64,000 nt of DNA, from contig JAJYZF010000002.1 in assembly GCA_021800165.1 (NCBI GenBank), positions 25,488-89,487 on the forward strand, given 5' to 3'. Under the pieces are notes generated by a model. That model was not told the origin of the DNA. It saw only the letters and a program-made list of their open reading frames with translations, and did not search any database. The stretch comes from Planctomycetota bacterium (lineage in GTDB: Bacteria > Planctomycetota > Phycisphaerae > WQYP01). Shown here in pieces: positions 20,488 to 30,473 of this stretch; positions within the stretch are counted from its first letter, which is position 1, and each line of letters starts with the position of its first letter. The position numbers and the translations under genes were made by a program.

Positions 20488-21324
20488 TCAGGGCCGATGC
20501 GTCGGCCCGGCCTTGCTTCCGGGAAGTGTCGCATTTGGATTCACTGGAATTCCCATACGATGCAGTGCTATGACCGCCTCAACATGGCTGGCACCGTAGA
20601 ATGAGTAATGGCCGGCGGCAAGCTGGAAATACCGGATCGCGTCCTTGCGGTCGCCGTTGAGTTTCAGAAATTCACCGACGGTAAAGAGAAGGACCGGATG
20701 CCAGATGCGATCATGGCGATTTTCAAGCTGGTCGACCGCCTTAAGGTCCAGCGGTTGGTGTAACTTCAGGGCCTTTTGAAAAAGCTCGGCCAGTTGGGTG
20801 TACGCAGCCAGCGGAGCCATGTGCCAAGTTGCAGCCCTGGCGATAAGGCTGTCCCGCAATGCGGAATCATGGAGGGAATCCGCTAACATTGCGGCTTGGA
20901 GCAGATCCAACTGTGGATCGGGGGCCCCAAAGCGTACACAAGCCAGATAAACCTGGATGGCGCGGTGCGGATGGCCGGTCAGGGCATCAAATGCCGCCCC
21001 GGTCATGAGTTCACGGACGTTTAAGTGCGGCAGCGAGCGTACGGCGAATGCTCGGGCTGCGGCGATATTGCCATGCTGTTCCATCGCGCACCAGAAATAC
21101 CAGAGGCATCCGTTGTACGAGGGATAATGTTGGGTGTCGCGCCGGATCCAGGTTTCGCCCGCGGCCCAGTCGCCAAGGGCTGCATAGCATCTTGCCGCAG
21201 CCATCATCGGTGCGGCTGCCTGGGTTTGAGCGGTTGGAACGACGATGCGCTGGGCCTGATGGTAGTGGCCGCGCCGCATCAGGAAATTGGCCAGAGTTGC
21301 CGCCCTGGCTTGCGGCAAGCTCAC
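20488..21324 (-). CDS. TPR-like helical hypothetical protein (possibly the C-terminal part of a longer protein)
   Basis: Ala-rich TPR-like helices (AARCYAALGDWAAGE; VGEFLKLNGDRKDAIRYF); GTG start overlaps the upstream TGA. Confidence 0.6.
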   Translation of the reverse strand: MSLPQARAATLANFLMRRGHYHQAQRIVVPTAQTQAAAPMMAAARCYAALGDWAAGETWIRRDTQHYPSYNGCLWYFWCAMEQHGNIAAARAFAVRSLPHLNVRELMTGAAFDALTGHPHRAIQVYLACVRFGAPDPQLDLLQAAMLADSLHDSALRDSLIARAATWHMAPLAAYTQLAELFQKALKLHQPLDLKAVDQLENRHDRIWHPVLLFTVGEFLKLNGDRKDAIRYFQLAAGHYSFYGASHVEAVIALHRMGIPVNPNATLPGSKAGPTHRP

Positions 21325-22364
21325 GGCTGGACTGAAAACTTCATATACGACTGCTCCTTGCCATAGTGGCCGGCACTGTAAAACATCGCCACGCCGCCAC
21401 CCGGCAGAACCAGAATATGATGCCGCCAGAAGTTGCCCTCTTCGCCGTTAGCGCGGGCTTCAGGAGGCACATCCTTCATCCATTCAATTGGATCCGGCAG
21501 CCAACGCCAATTCTGAATTGGAAATTCTTCATCGCATACCGCAAATCCGCCCAAACTCGGTGGAGGTTCTTCCGTCCAGATCTCCTTGTTGGCGGGATCG
21601 GGAGCGGTGGGGGAGGCATTGTAGAGTCCCACCCAGCGGTGATTGGTGCCGGGAATCAGTTGCATGCCGCCCACCCATCCCGCGGCCCAATGGCCTTTTT
21701 GCTGGCACGGGGGAAGCACTTCACCGAGTTTGACTATCCCGGGCTTGTCCAGATGCTCGACCGCCGCCGCCGAAGCACTTCCGTAGGGCGATACCGTGCG
21801 GGCTTGGGGCTGCTGCGGATAGCCCATGTAAAAATAAAGTATTTCCCGGCGCTGGGGAAAATAAAATCCGGAGACGGCATCCACATGCTTTTCATCGAAG
21901 CTGCCGGGGCCGCCGCGGCCGATGAGCGCACTTTTTTCCCAGGTCCACGGTCCGGCCAGGGAAGTGGACCAGGCCCGATGCACGTATTTATTCGGCTCAA
22001 TGCCGACACTAAGCAGGCAATAACGGCCGTCAATGAGAGCTGCCTCATTAAGGCCGTGGGCATTTTGCACAATCCACGGCTTATGGGTGGAGCCGGGCAG
22101 CACTTCCGGATTGGTAAACTCCAGGGGAGTTGGAAACGACCAATGGCCGGGGCCGACCTGATCCAGCGACCGGCAGATGGACTGGCCATGGCCAGGCGGA
22201 TCAAAAAATAGAAACATCCGATACCCTCCGAGGCTTGGATCGCGTACGATGGATGCGCCGCCAATCACGGAACAGCCTAAACCCGTCGCCGGCCGGGTGA
22301 TGGTGCGCCCGCCATGCCGCCATTTTGCGGGTATCGACAGCCCATGGACATTTATCGTTGACAT
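21321..22364 (-). CDS. five-bladed beta-propeller glycoside-hydrolase-like protein (paralog B)
   Basis: YRMF, SLAGPWTW, FDEKHVD and ILYFYMGY propeller-type motifs; clearly paralogous to the adjacent gene. Confidence 0.75.
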   Translation of the reverse strand: MSTINVHGLSIPAKWRHGGRTITRPATGLGCSVIGGASIVRDPSLGGYRMFLFFDPPGHGQSICRSLDQVGPGHWSFPTPLEFTNPEVLPGSTHKPWIVQNAHGLNEAALIDGRYCLLSVGIEPNKYVHRAWSTSLAGPWTWEKSALIGRGGPGSFDEKHVDAVSGFYFPQRREILYFYMGYPQQPQARTVSPYGSASAAAVEHLDKPGIVKLGEVLPPCQQKGHWAAGWVGGMQLIPGTNHRWVGLYNASPTAPDPANKEIWTEEPPPSLGGFAVCDEEFPIQNWRWLPDPIEWMKDVPPEARANGEEGNFWRHHILVLPGGGVAMFYSAGHYGKEQSYMKFSVQP

Positions 22365-22418
22365 GCGTGAACCTCATCATAGTAAGAACATTCAATCTGG
22401 GGATTCCAGCCGGTGCCA

Positions 22419-23465
22419 TCAGCCCGCACCCGCCGCAAACTTAACGTAAAGCTGCTCCTGTCCGTAATGGCCGGCGTTGTAGAACATCGCCACGCCGCCA
22501 TCGGGCAGTATTAAAATATGATGCCGCCACAAATTACCATCCTCGCCCGCGGCCCGGGCCGTCGCGGGAATGTCTTCCAATCGCTGCAAGGGGGCATCAG
22601 ACCAGCGCCAATTGGCAATCGGGAATTCCTCATCACACACCGCAAAGCCACCGAGACTCGGGGGCGGCTCTTCCGTCCAGATCGCTTTGTTGATCGGGTC
22701 CGGAGGGGTGGGTGAGGCGTTTATTAAACCGACCCAACGCGATTTCAAGCCGGGCAAAATCTGCATGCCGCCCACCCAACCCGCGGCCCAATGGCCTTTT
22801 TGCCGGCATGGGGGAAGCACTTCACCGAGTTTCACCACTCCCGGCTGCCCCACACGTGCAATGGCGGCCCCTTGGGCATTGCCGAAGGGGGAAACCGCAC
22901 GCGGCTGGGGCTGTCGCGGATAGCCCATGTAGCAGTACAGAATCTCGCCGCGGCGCGGAAAATAGAATGCGGAAACCGCATCGGCATGTTTTTCATCAAA
23001 GCTGCCCGGGCCGCCGCCCACAATCAGTGGTTGTTTCTCCCACGTCCACGGCCCGGCCAGCGAACTGGCCCATCCCCGGTGAATATATTTACTTTGGCCC
23101 ATGCCCACGCTCACCAAACAGTAGCGCCCATCAATTTGGGCCGCCTCGTTGGGCCGATGGGCATCCTGCACGATGTACGGCTTGTGCGTGCCATCGGGGA
23201 TAACCTCCGGATTGGTAAACTCCAACGGCACCGGAGCGGACCACTGACCTGGGCCGACCGCGGTTAAGGAGCGGCAGATGGATTGGCCATGACCGGGGGG
23301 ATAAAGAAACAAAAACATGCGATATCCCCCCACCGCCGGATCGCGCACAATGCATGGATCACCAACGACATGCGAGCCTGGGCCGCTGGTGGGGCGGGTG
23401 AGCACCCGCCCCCCGTGGATCCAGCGCGCGGGAAGAGCAAATTTGGGCAAGAAAATATCCGGCAT
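22419..23465 (-). CDS. five-bladed beta-propeller glycoside-hydrolase-like protein (paralog A)
   Basis: VVGDPCIV first-blade DP motif as in GH32/GH43-type propellers; SLAGPWTW, FDEKHAD. Confidence 0.78.
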   Translation of the reverse strand: MPDIFLPKFALPARWIHGGRVLTRPTSGPGSHVVGDPCIVRDPAVGGYRMFLFLYPPGHGQSICRSLTAVGPGQWSAPVPLEFTNPEVIPDGTHKPYIVQDAHRPNEAAQIDGRYCLVSVGMGQSKYIHRGWASSLAGPWTWEKQPLIVGGGPGSFDEKHADAVSAFYFPRRGEILYCYMGYPRQPQPRAVSPFGNAQGAAIARVGQPGVVKLGEVLPPCRQKGHWAAGWVGGMQILPGLKSRWVGLINASPTPPDPINKAIWTEEPPPSLGGFAVCDEEFPIANWRWSDAPLQRLEDIPATARAAGEDGNLWRHHILILPDGGVAMFYNAGHYGQEQLYVKFAAGAG

Positions 23466-23505
23466 GGATGAAGTTCCTTTTTACAATAATCCCCCAGGAG
23501 CGGCC

Positions 23506-26445
23506 CTAGCGCGATACGCCCCAGAAGGCTTCGCAGGGCAGACGCTGACACCAAGTTGGCGGGAAGGACCCGTTGGATCGCCAATGCCGAAACACACCCG
23601 CCAGAGCACTGTAATTCATGGAACCGTCCACCACGTGCTGGGAATTGTACAAGATCAGGCCGAAGCGGAAGCGTTTGAGGGCCGGGCTAAAGAGCTTCAG
23701 GTGCGAGCGCGGAATGGCGATTTCGTAGAGCGTGAGATGAGAAGCCCGATGGCGTGTGATTTTGATCAGGCCGCCCGGAACCGGCCCGATGCCGGGGGTA
23801 GGTGCCGCCTGATAACCATTGCGCCGGGCGGTATTGGGTCCCCAGACGCGCGTCAGCATGTCGCCGGTGGTGGACGTATTGGCAAAGTAGGCGTAATCGG
23901 TATCGTAAAATGTTCCCTTCCAGGCCCACCGATCGCTCATTTGCCGGCCCCAGCCGGGCACACGCGGGCGAAAGCCAAACGCAAATTCCAGCACATCACC
24001 GCAGTTGATCGGATAACCAAGTCCGTTGGGGAGCCCATTTTTATACGGCACCAAAATTTTGCCGCCGCTGCGCCCGGCCAGGGCCGGCGTACCGACGGTG
24101 CAGGAAAAATGCCGCTGCAGCACGGCCACACCGAGATACACATATCGGCGGCTGTAGGCAGTGTAAATCCGGGCGATAATTCTGCCTTTGCCGCCGACGG
24201 CGGTGGGCAATTTTAAATCCGGGTTGCGCAGATAACGCGTGATATCCAGGTGCTTGGCAAACATGCGGCTGTCCATGAGCACCGGCGTTAGCCCGCGCCA
24301 ATCGGAAAGCTGGCCGGTGAAATGGACGCTTCGCCGGACAAACCGCGCCGTCGAAAGCAATTGCTTTTTGCGAAAGGGCACAAAAGTATCGCCCGCGTGG
24401 TCGGGGTTGACCACGGCCTGGAGGGAGACGCCGTAATCGTTGTCGCGGGCCACGGTTACGCCTGGCCACGCGATGGGCACCTCCACAAGCCTGCCCGGTC
24501 CAACCACGAAGGGACTGGACACGGTTTTGCCGGCGGCCGCGATTTTCATGCTCAATGTGCCATGGAGGGTTTCCGGCAGTTGATTTTCCAGCCGCACCAT
24601 AACCGTTTGCCGCTGGTTGGCCGGCTGCATCAGCGATAGGGCGTAACAATTCACGGCGGTAACATGGCTGATGTGCGCCCCGCGAATGAGGTGATACAAA
24701 CGCATCACGCTAAGCGTGTTGGTGGTGATGTAGACGGGATTGTCATTTAACGGCAGCACCAGTCGCCCCCGCGTTGGAGCAATGCGTCGGCCCGTCATGT
24801 CATAGGCGAGCAGGCCGCGCGGATGGGCAATGGTCAGCGTGCCGGTTCGGTCCACCGCCTGATCGGACTGGCCGGTGCAGGACCATAGCACCGCCACCTT
24901 GGTCGGGTCCAGCCCGCGACTTGCGGGAATGGACACGCCCCAGCGGGCAGAAATCTGCCGGGCCCGCGGCAAACGCCGTACCTGCGGGGTAATCCACCGT
25001 GGATCGGCAAAGATGGCCCCATGGATTAATTCCTCCCGCGGCCAGATATCCGCCACGATCGGCCGGTCCTCCAAAAAGTAGGTCATCACCGCGAAGGTGG
25101 TGTTGCTGCACGTCCACTTGGGGCCATAGCCGATGTTAAGCTGCATGTTGCCCATGAACATGCCATCCAGCGCGGCTTGAACAAAGTATTGCACAATTTT
25201 AAAGGCGTTGTGGCGGTTGTTCATCCAACTGCCGAAATAGTGTAACCCCTGGGGCTTGGCCCGGCCCACCGGGTATTGCGTGCCGCCTTCAGTAAGATAG
25301 GTGTATTTCAGGCCCATGCGCGCGGCGGCTTGTTTGGCGTCATCCATGGATCGCAAATTATCCCCCGCCCGCCAGTTCGCCGCGCCGCCGCTATATGTAT
25401 ACGGATGATGGGTCAGACCGGAAAGCAATCCCTTCCAGCAGGACGGAGCAAATTCGATATGGTCCACGATAAACGCGGAACTGTTACCCGCCAGCATCCG
25501 AACATGGGGATTGAGCCGGAGCGCCATTTGGCATATTTGGCGCTGCAAGACCCGGTACTTGGCACCGGTGGCCGCCCAGGTCCAGCCGAAAATCCAAGGC
25601 TCATTCCAGAATTCATAGGTATGAATCTGCGGGAAATGCTGCATCCACACCCGCCAGGTCTGCACAAACTGGCCGTAATCATTGGGCGGTCCGTACATGT
25701 GCAAGGCCCGGGCCAGCGGCGTTACATTGGCCACATTGGCACCCTGGAGCGCATAACCGATCGACGGCAGCCACCAGATTCCATGGGCCGTGTCCGCCGC
25801 CCATTCACGATCCAGCATTTTAAAACTCTGCGGCACGGCCTGGCCCCTGGGCAGGGTGTGAATCCAGGAGGAATTTGTTACCTTGAGAACCGGGTTGGGT
25901 TCCACCCGCGCCACCTTCATGCCGATGGCTTGCAAAAAAGCCAACGTCTTGCCCATGGGCACGTTTAAGTTGGAGGCGAAAAACGAATTGGGCCGCAGTC
26001 CGGGATGCCACGGCGGTATCACTCCGATGTTGGTCAGGCCAACCGCCGCCGCACCCGCCAGATGAGCACTGATTAAAAAATATCCCATCCCCCCATGAAA
26101 TTTTACGATCGCAGCAACGGCCCGACCGCCCGGCACATTGCCCAGATGCACCGTCTGGTGCCACGCCACACGATGCCCAAAAATATCCCGGGCGGTGAGC
26201 ACCACCGTAGCGCCGGAGAGCGGTGTGGGGCTTTCCACAGTCAAACGTAAGTGCACGGGCCGTGCCACCGGACCTCCCGATGCGGGCATGGGCCGGGTGA
26301 ACATATTATAAATGCCTCCCACGGGCGTCAGGGTAAGCCGTGGGGCTGCGGCGCAGATTGCGGTGGGGCCGGCCAAGAACAGCCCGAGCAACACCAAGAA
26401 AGCCGGGAAAGCCGCCCGATACTTTTGAACCCGAAAATAGTGCAT
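23506..26445 (-). CDS. large secreted clan GH-A-like glycoside hydrolase with C-terminal CBM9/DOMON-like domain
   Basis: Signal peptide; acid/base YEFWNEP, THHPY, nucleophile-like YLTEGG; C-terminal 'FTGQLSDW...AYSRRYVYLGV...YEIAIP'. Start uncertain (26445 or 26517). Confidence 0.75.
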   Translation of the reverse strand: MHYFRVQKYRAAFPAFLVLLGLFLAGPTAICAAAPRLTLTPVGGIYNMFTRPMPASGGPVARPVHLRLTVESPTPLSGATVVLTARDIFGHRVAWHQTVHLGNVPGGRAVAAIVKFHGGMGYFLISAHLAGAAAVGLTNIGVIPPWHPGLRPNSFFASNLNVPMGKTLAFLQAIGMKVARVEPNPVLKVTNSSWIHTLPRGQAVPQSFKMLDREWAADTAHGIWWLPSIGYALQGANVANVTPLARALHMYGPPNDYGQFVQTWRVWMQHFPQIHTYEFWNEPWIFGWTWAATGAKYRVLQRQICQMALRLNPHVRMLAGNSSAFIVDHIEFAPSCWKGLLSGLTHHPYTYSGGAANWRAGDNLRSMDDAKQAAARMGLKYTYLTEGGTQYPVGRAKPQGLHYFGSWMNNRHNAFKIVQYFVQAALDGMFMGNMQLNIGYGPKWTCSNTTFAVMTYFLEDRPIVADIWPREELIHGAIFADPRWITPQVRRLPRARQISARWGVSIPASRGLDPTKVAVLWSCTGQSDQAVDRTGTLTIAHPRGLLAYDMTGRRIAPTRGRLVLPLNDNPVYITTNTLSVMRLYHLIRGAHISHVTAVNCYALSLMQPANQRQTVMVRLENQLPETLHGTLSMKIAAAGKTVSSPFVVGPGRLVEVPIAWPGVTVARDNDYGVSLQAVVNPDHAGDTFVPFRKKQLLSTARFVRRSVHFTGQLSDWRGLTPVLMDSRMFAKHLDITRYLRNPDLKLPTAVGGKGRIIARIYTAYSRRYVYLGVAVLQRHFSCTVGTPALAGRSGGKILVPYKNGLPNGLGYPINCGDVLEFAFGFRPRVPGWGRQMSDRWAWKGTFYDTDYAYFANTSTTGDMLTRVWGPNTARRNGYQAAPTPGIGPVPGGLIKITRHRASHLTLYEIAIPRSHLKLFSPALKRFRFGLILYNSQHVVDGSMNYSALAGVFRHWRSNGSFPPTWCQRLPCEAFWGVSR

Positions 26446-26541
26446 CAAATTTACCTTAAAAAATGGATAACCACGAAAATTGGTCGTCTGTGGCCCCGCT
26501 TTGGTTGCGATCGCCACGACGTTACGCGACGTTTATGGCAT

Positions 26542-27696
26542 TTAGCGGACAATCAGCCGCGGCGGCACCATCCGCAGTTGGGGGCCTTCTCCAGCGGTTC
26601 CCGCAATGCGGGCCTGTAGCAGGTGGACCATTTCCTGCCCAATGAGAAAGTTTTGCTTATCCACCGTCACGGACGGAATGGAAGATTCCACTTCCTGCTC
26701 CGGGCTGTCGCCATAATAGTTATCGTATCCGGCTAGAAAAATATCTTTCTGGGGCTGGCGCCCGAACATACGACACGCCGCCGCCACCGAAAATACCTCG
26801 CCGTCGCTGCTGGCCATAATCGCGTCAATCGCATCTGATTTGGTCAGGTACGGTACCAGTTGGCCCGCCAGATAGCTCGATTTCACGCGGAAATGCTCGA
26901 CCGTATAATGGCCGCCGATATCCTCCACCCACAGCGTCGGCAATGGTTCCAGAGAGTTTTCCCGCATGGCCCGGGCATAGCCCGCGAGTCGGCCGCGTTT
27001 CCAATACAGATCCTTCGGGTTCTCAAACAAAGGCAAAATGCGGCGGCACCCGCGCTGCAATAAATGTTGGGTCAGCATATAAGCCCCCGCCTCGTGGTCC
27101 GAAATCACGCGGTCATATTCCTGGTCCAGCGGCCCATCGCCATATACCACCACCGGGATGCCTTCACGGGTTAGAATACGTATAAAGTCCACCAATGCCT
27201 GGCGCTCGGCACCGGCCATCTCGCAAACCAGCAGACCCGATGGGCGCACGGAAAGCATAGTGTTGGAAGGCTGGTCTAACAGCCGCGCTGGGGCCAGACT
27301 TAGCACCCCCCGCCCCGCCTGCCGAGCAGCCGCCGCCGCTCCGATGCCGATATATTCCGACCATCCGGGTTGGGCATGCCCGTCCAGCGGAGCTTGGGCT
27401 GGGGCGAGAATCATTAAGGTCTGACGCAAAATGGCCGAGACTGTACTTGAGGCCGCATTCGCCAGCAGACGGGTATGGCCATCGCGGACCTGAATGAGGC
27501 CTTCCGAGGTTAAGACACGCAGCGCCCGCTGCACCGTCGCCAAACCCACGCCAATGTGCCGGCATAACTCGCGTTCCGACGGCAGAGGCATTCCGGGTTG
27601 CAAGCGGCCTTTTTCAATCCATTCGCGCAGGGTGGCAATAGCCTTGGCCCGTGGTGAGCCGTTACGAAAAACTCTTGGTTGAACTGTGGCATCCAT
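26542..27696 (-). CDS. GntR-HTH / LacI-type sugar-binding hybrid transcriptional regulator (AraR-like architecture)
   Basis: LPSERELC...TVQRAL GntR HTH; C-terminal periplasmic-binding-like domain (SDHEAGAY, R..GY, LAGYDN). Confidence 0.9.
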   Translation of the reverse strand: MDATVQPRVFRNGSPRAKAIATLREWIEKGRLQPGMPLPSERELCRHIGVGLATVQRALRVLTSEGLIQVRDGHTRLLANAASSTVSAILRQTLMILAPAQAPLDGHAQPGWSEYIGIGAAAAARQAGRGVLSLAPARLLDQPSNTMLSVRPSGLLVCEMAGAERQALVDFIRILTREGIPVVVYGDGPLDQEYDRVISDHEAGAYMLTQHLLQRGCRRILPLFENPKDLYWKRGRLAGYARAMRENSLEPLPTLWVEDIGGHYTVEHFRVKSSYLAGQLVPYLTKSDAIDAIMASSDGEVFSVAAACRMFGRQPQKDIFLAGYDNYYGDSPEQEVESSIPSVTVDKQNFLIGQEMVHLLQARIAGTAGEGPQLRMVPPRLIVR

Positions 27697-27793
27697 CGTC
27701 TTAAAGCCTCCAAGCTTAAACCTGGGCACCTTTCGCAGTTGCCTCAATGCAGGTTAAGAGCCAACAACCCTGTGTTTGACTCCATCAGGTTGC

Positions 27794-27821
27794 AGTTTAG
27801 CAGAACGTCTGATTGTGTCAA
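27794..27821 (-). promoter_or_regulatory. candidate sigma70 promoter of the regulator/GH operon
   Basis: Minus strand TTGACA-N16-TAAACT with extended -10 TG. Confidence 0.55.
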
Positions 27822-28148
27822 ATATTTCCAAAAGTTTATTTTGACCCAATTATTTGGTTGAACAGTGTCGTTCTTGACTTTTCGGTTGGGCATGGAGATG
27901 AGCCTTAAGTACCTTTTTTTAGGATGGTCTTCTGGCGGCTGCTGGACGAAGGCCTTTATAGGTGGCGGAATTGCGTTGGATTTTGGGAATGGATGTTGAT
28001 ACTGTGCGGCTGATTTGCAGGTCTTTAGCTGATCGATGTTGGCGGTTGCTGCGCCCGTTCAAGACGAACCTAAATAATTCATAAAAGGGAATATAATTAA
28101 ATCAAGTGACCCAAAAAAAGGGAGTCAAAAAAAAATTAATTTTTTTAC

Positions 28149-28177
28149 TTGCAATCAAAAAAACATTTTGTTACAAT
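28149..28177 (+). promoter_or_regulatory. sigma70 promoter of the PEP-CTERM/DUF1559 operon
   Basis: TTGCAA-N17-TACAAT with extended -10 TG and an A/T-tract UP-like element upstream. Confidence 0.7.
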
Positions 28178-28285
28178 AACTCTCGTTGACTCGATGCGGT
28201 CTTTTTGATTGTTCCTTCTTGTGGCTTTCGCCACAGGCGATCAAAAAAATCCCGGGCCAAGGCCTTTATGGAAAGGGAACAAGTT

Positions 28286-29110
28286 ATGTTCAACTCTAAA
28301 TCACTACTTCTGGCGGGCGCAGCCGCAGGCGTGTTTGCGGCAATCGGGCTGGGCAACGGCATGGCACGGGCCAATACCATCACGGACAATTTCAATTCCG
28401 ATACAGTCGGGGCCTTCAGCAGTTCCGGCGATACGCTGTTTACCAACAGCAGTGGCGCGGTCAACATCGTGACCGTTGCCACGGGCAACAACGTGGCGCA
28501 GTTCAACGCTGCGGCCAACCTTGATACCCAAACCGCTAACGGAAACGCCCCGTGGAAACCCACGCTAGCCGCGCCGCTCACTATCACCGGCGACTGGACG
28601 TTTGTATCCGCACCGGATTACAACGACGAGTTGCACATCTACACCCGCGAAAGCGCGAGCGGTAACGGCATCCGGTTTGGAATTGGGATTGATCAGGGGG
28701 CGAGCGGCGGCCCAGCCTATATTTTCGCGGACCTGTCCGGTGCCACAGGAACCGGCACCATCTCGGTTGGCACGCCGGTTTATACTGGCAATTTCACAAC
28801 CAGTGTCGCCCTCAAGGATGTGCTGGCTTTTACCGTAACGGATAATGGGAATAGCATCTCGCTGAATGTTACCGACAACAACACCGGGGCCACCGCGTCA
28901 CTGACCGGAACCAGCGACTACACGCCAACCAACAACGACTACCTGGTAAGCTTCCTGAGCAACGAGTCCTACACGGGTAGTGGCACCGGCAAGGGCAACC
29001 TCGACAACGTTACCATTACCAATGCGGCGGTTCCCGAGCCGGCCACTTTGGGCCTGATGGCTGTGGCCGGCACAGCGATTCTGCTGGTGGGCAAACGCAA
29101 GGGGGCTTGA
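28286..29110 (+). CDS. PEP-CTERM sorting domain surface protein
   Basis: Signal peptide ending ARA; T/N/G/S-rich beta body; C-terminal VPEPATLGLMAVAGTAILLVGKRK. Confidence 0.93.
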   Translation: MFNSKSLLLAGAAAGVFAAIGLGNGMARANTITDNFNSDTVGAFSSSGDTLFTNSSGAVNIVTVATGNNVAQFNAAANLDTQTANGNAPWKPTLAAPLTITGDWTFVSAPDYNDELHIYTRESASGNGIRFGIGIDQGASGGPAYIFADLSGATGTGTISVGTPVYTGNFTTSVALKDVLAFTVTDNGNSISLNVTDNNTGATASLTGTSDYTPTNNDYLVSFLSNESYTGSGTGKGNLDNVTITNAAVPEPATLGLMAVAGTAILLVGKRKGA

Positions 29111-29145
29111 TAAGCGGAAAAAGCCCGCGCCATAAAATGAATGGG

Positions 29146-29179
29146 AGGAAGGGCCGATGGTGGGATCTCGGCCCTTCCT
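29146..29179 (+). promoter_or_regulatory. intergenic 12-bp stem-loop (mRNA stabiliser or partial terminator)
   Basis: AGGAAGGGCCGA / TCGGCCCTTCCT perfect stem between the PEP-CTERM and DUF1559 genes; no long U-tract. Confidence 0.55.
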
Positions 29180-29215
29180 TGCCTTAGCCGGCGAGGCTGC
29201 TTGTGGAGAATCGTT

Positions 29216-30157
29216 ATGAAGCCCGACGATATCAGTTGTAAATCTCCGGCTAACGGCGCAAAGTGCGGTGCGTTGCCGTCTGTTGGGCCGCTAGGCAAGC
29301 CGGTTGCGAAATCACCCTGCGCGGGGCAATTGGCGGGATTTTCGCTGGTCGAATTGCTGGTGGTCATCACCATTATCGGCATTTTGCTGGCCCTGTTGCT
29401 GCCCGCGCTTTCCGCGGCCAGAGAAGATTCCCGCCAGACAATATGTCTTTCCAATCTCCATGAACTGGGCTTGGCCACGACCGAATACACCACCGAGAAC
29501 AATAATTTTTATCCGGACCATCGCAGCAATGAGGCCGAAACCCTCTACGCCACCACCGAACCTTCCTGGGCCGGCACCATGGCCTATTGGCCGGTCGACT
29601 ACCGCAAAGAAATTGGGCCGTACCTGGCCGCCAATGCCGATGCCACCAAATGGTCGCCTAACTATGGCGTGTTCTATTGCCCGGATATGCTCGATGCCAG
29701 TTATCTGTTTACCCATCCGCACCCGCTGATGGTTTATACCACCAACCCGCAGGCCATGTGGCTGGGCACCACGACCGGGGACGGTGCTACCGATGGGCGC
29801 TGCAACAGCAATTACCAGATTGCCGAAGGCTTCTTGCGGACTTATGCCAATAGTTTTACCTTTGCTCAGACCAATGGAACCACTTTAATCGCTAATCCCG
29901 GTGATAACCAAAGCTTCAGTCTGCGGGTGAGCCAAATTCAAAATCCCGGCAATACCGTGGTCATAGCGGATACCGTGGCCTTTGGCATCAATTTTTATGG
30001 GTTGGGATCCTTCCAATTGCCGGGTTACACCCCGCATGGGTCTGGTGCCAATGCCCTTTTTGCCGATGGCCACGCGGCCTGGCAGCCACTAAACACCCTT
30101 AAGCCTCAGTATGGCCAAGGCTGGGGAAGCAGTGCGCAATTTGTTTACTATTGGTAA
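29216..30157 (+). CDS. prepilin-type N-terminal cleavage/methylation + H-X9-DG (DUF1559-like) protein
   Basis: [30 protein letters not shown]...CLSNL, FYCP, C-terminal [13 protein letters not shown]. Confidence 0.93.
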   Translation: MKPDDISCKSPANGAKCGALPSVGPLGKPVAKSPCAGQLAGFSLVELLVVITIIGILLALLLPALSAAREDSRQTICLSNLHELGLATTEYTTENNNFYPDHRSNEAETLYATTEPSWAGTMAYWPVDYRKEIGPYLAANADATKWSPNYGVFYCPDMLDASYLFTHPHPLMVYTTNPQAMWLGTTTGDGATDGRCNSNYQIAEGFLRTYANSFTFAQTNGTTLIANPGDNQSFSLRVSQIQNPGNTVVIADTVAFGINFYGLGSFQLPGYTPHGSGANALFADGHAAWQPLNTLKPQYGQGWGSSAQFVYYW

Positions 30158-30473
30158 TCCGGTGTTATCGCGGCCCAGTCGCGCTTGGTTGATAAAAGCC
30201 TTAAAAAAATTGGCAAATAACGCGGGGAGAGCTTCGCGCAGACCGCAATGGGGCGCTCATGCGGCCATGGGAATGTGCAGGCAATTTTCTCCGCGCTGCG
30301 GCGACGGACGACGGTTTGTGAACGTAGAAGGCCCAGGGTTGAGATGGCGGCTGCGGCCGCGTGGCGGGGGAGAGCTTCTAAAATGGGGCGGTACCGATTA
30401 AGCTCATGTGGCGGCTGTACGCGGGCGGCTGTGGAACAGGCTGCCGGTGGTTTTTGTTTTTTTGGAGATGACA

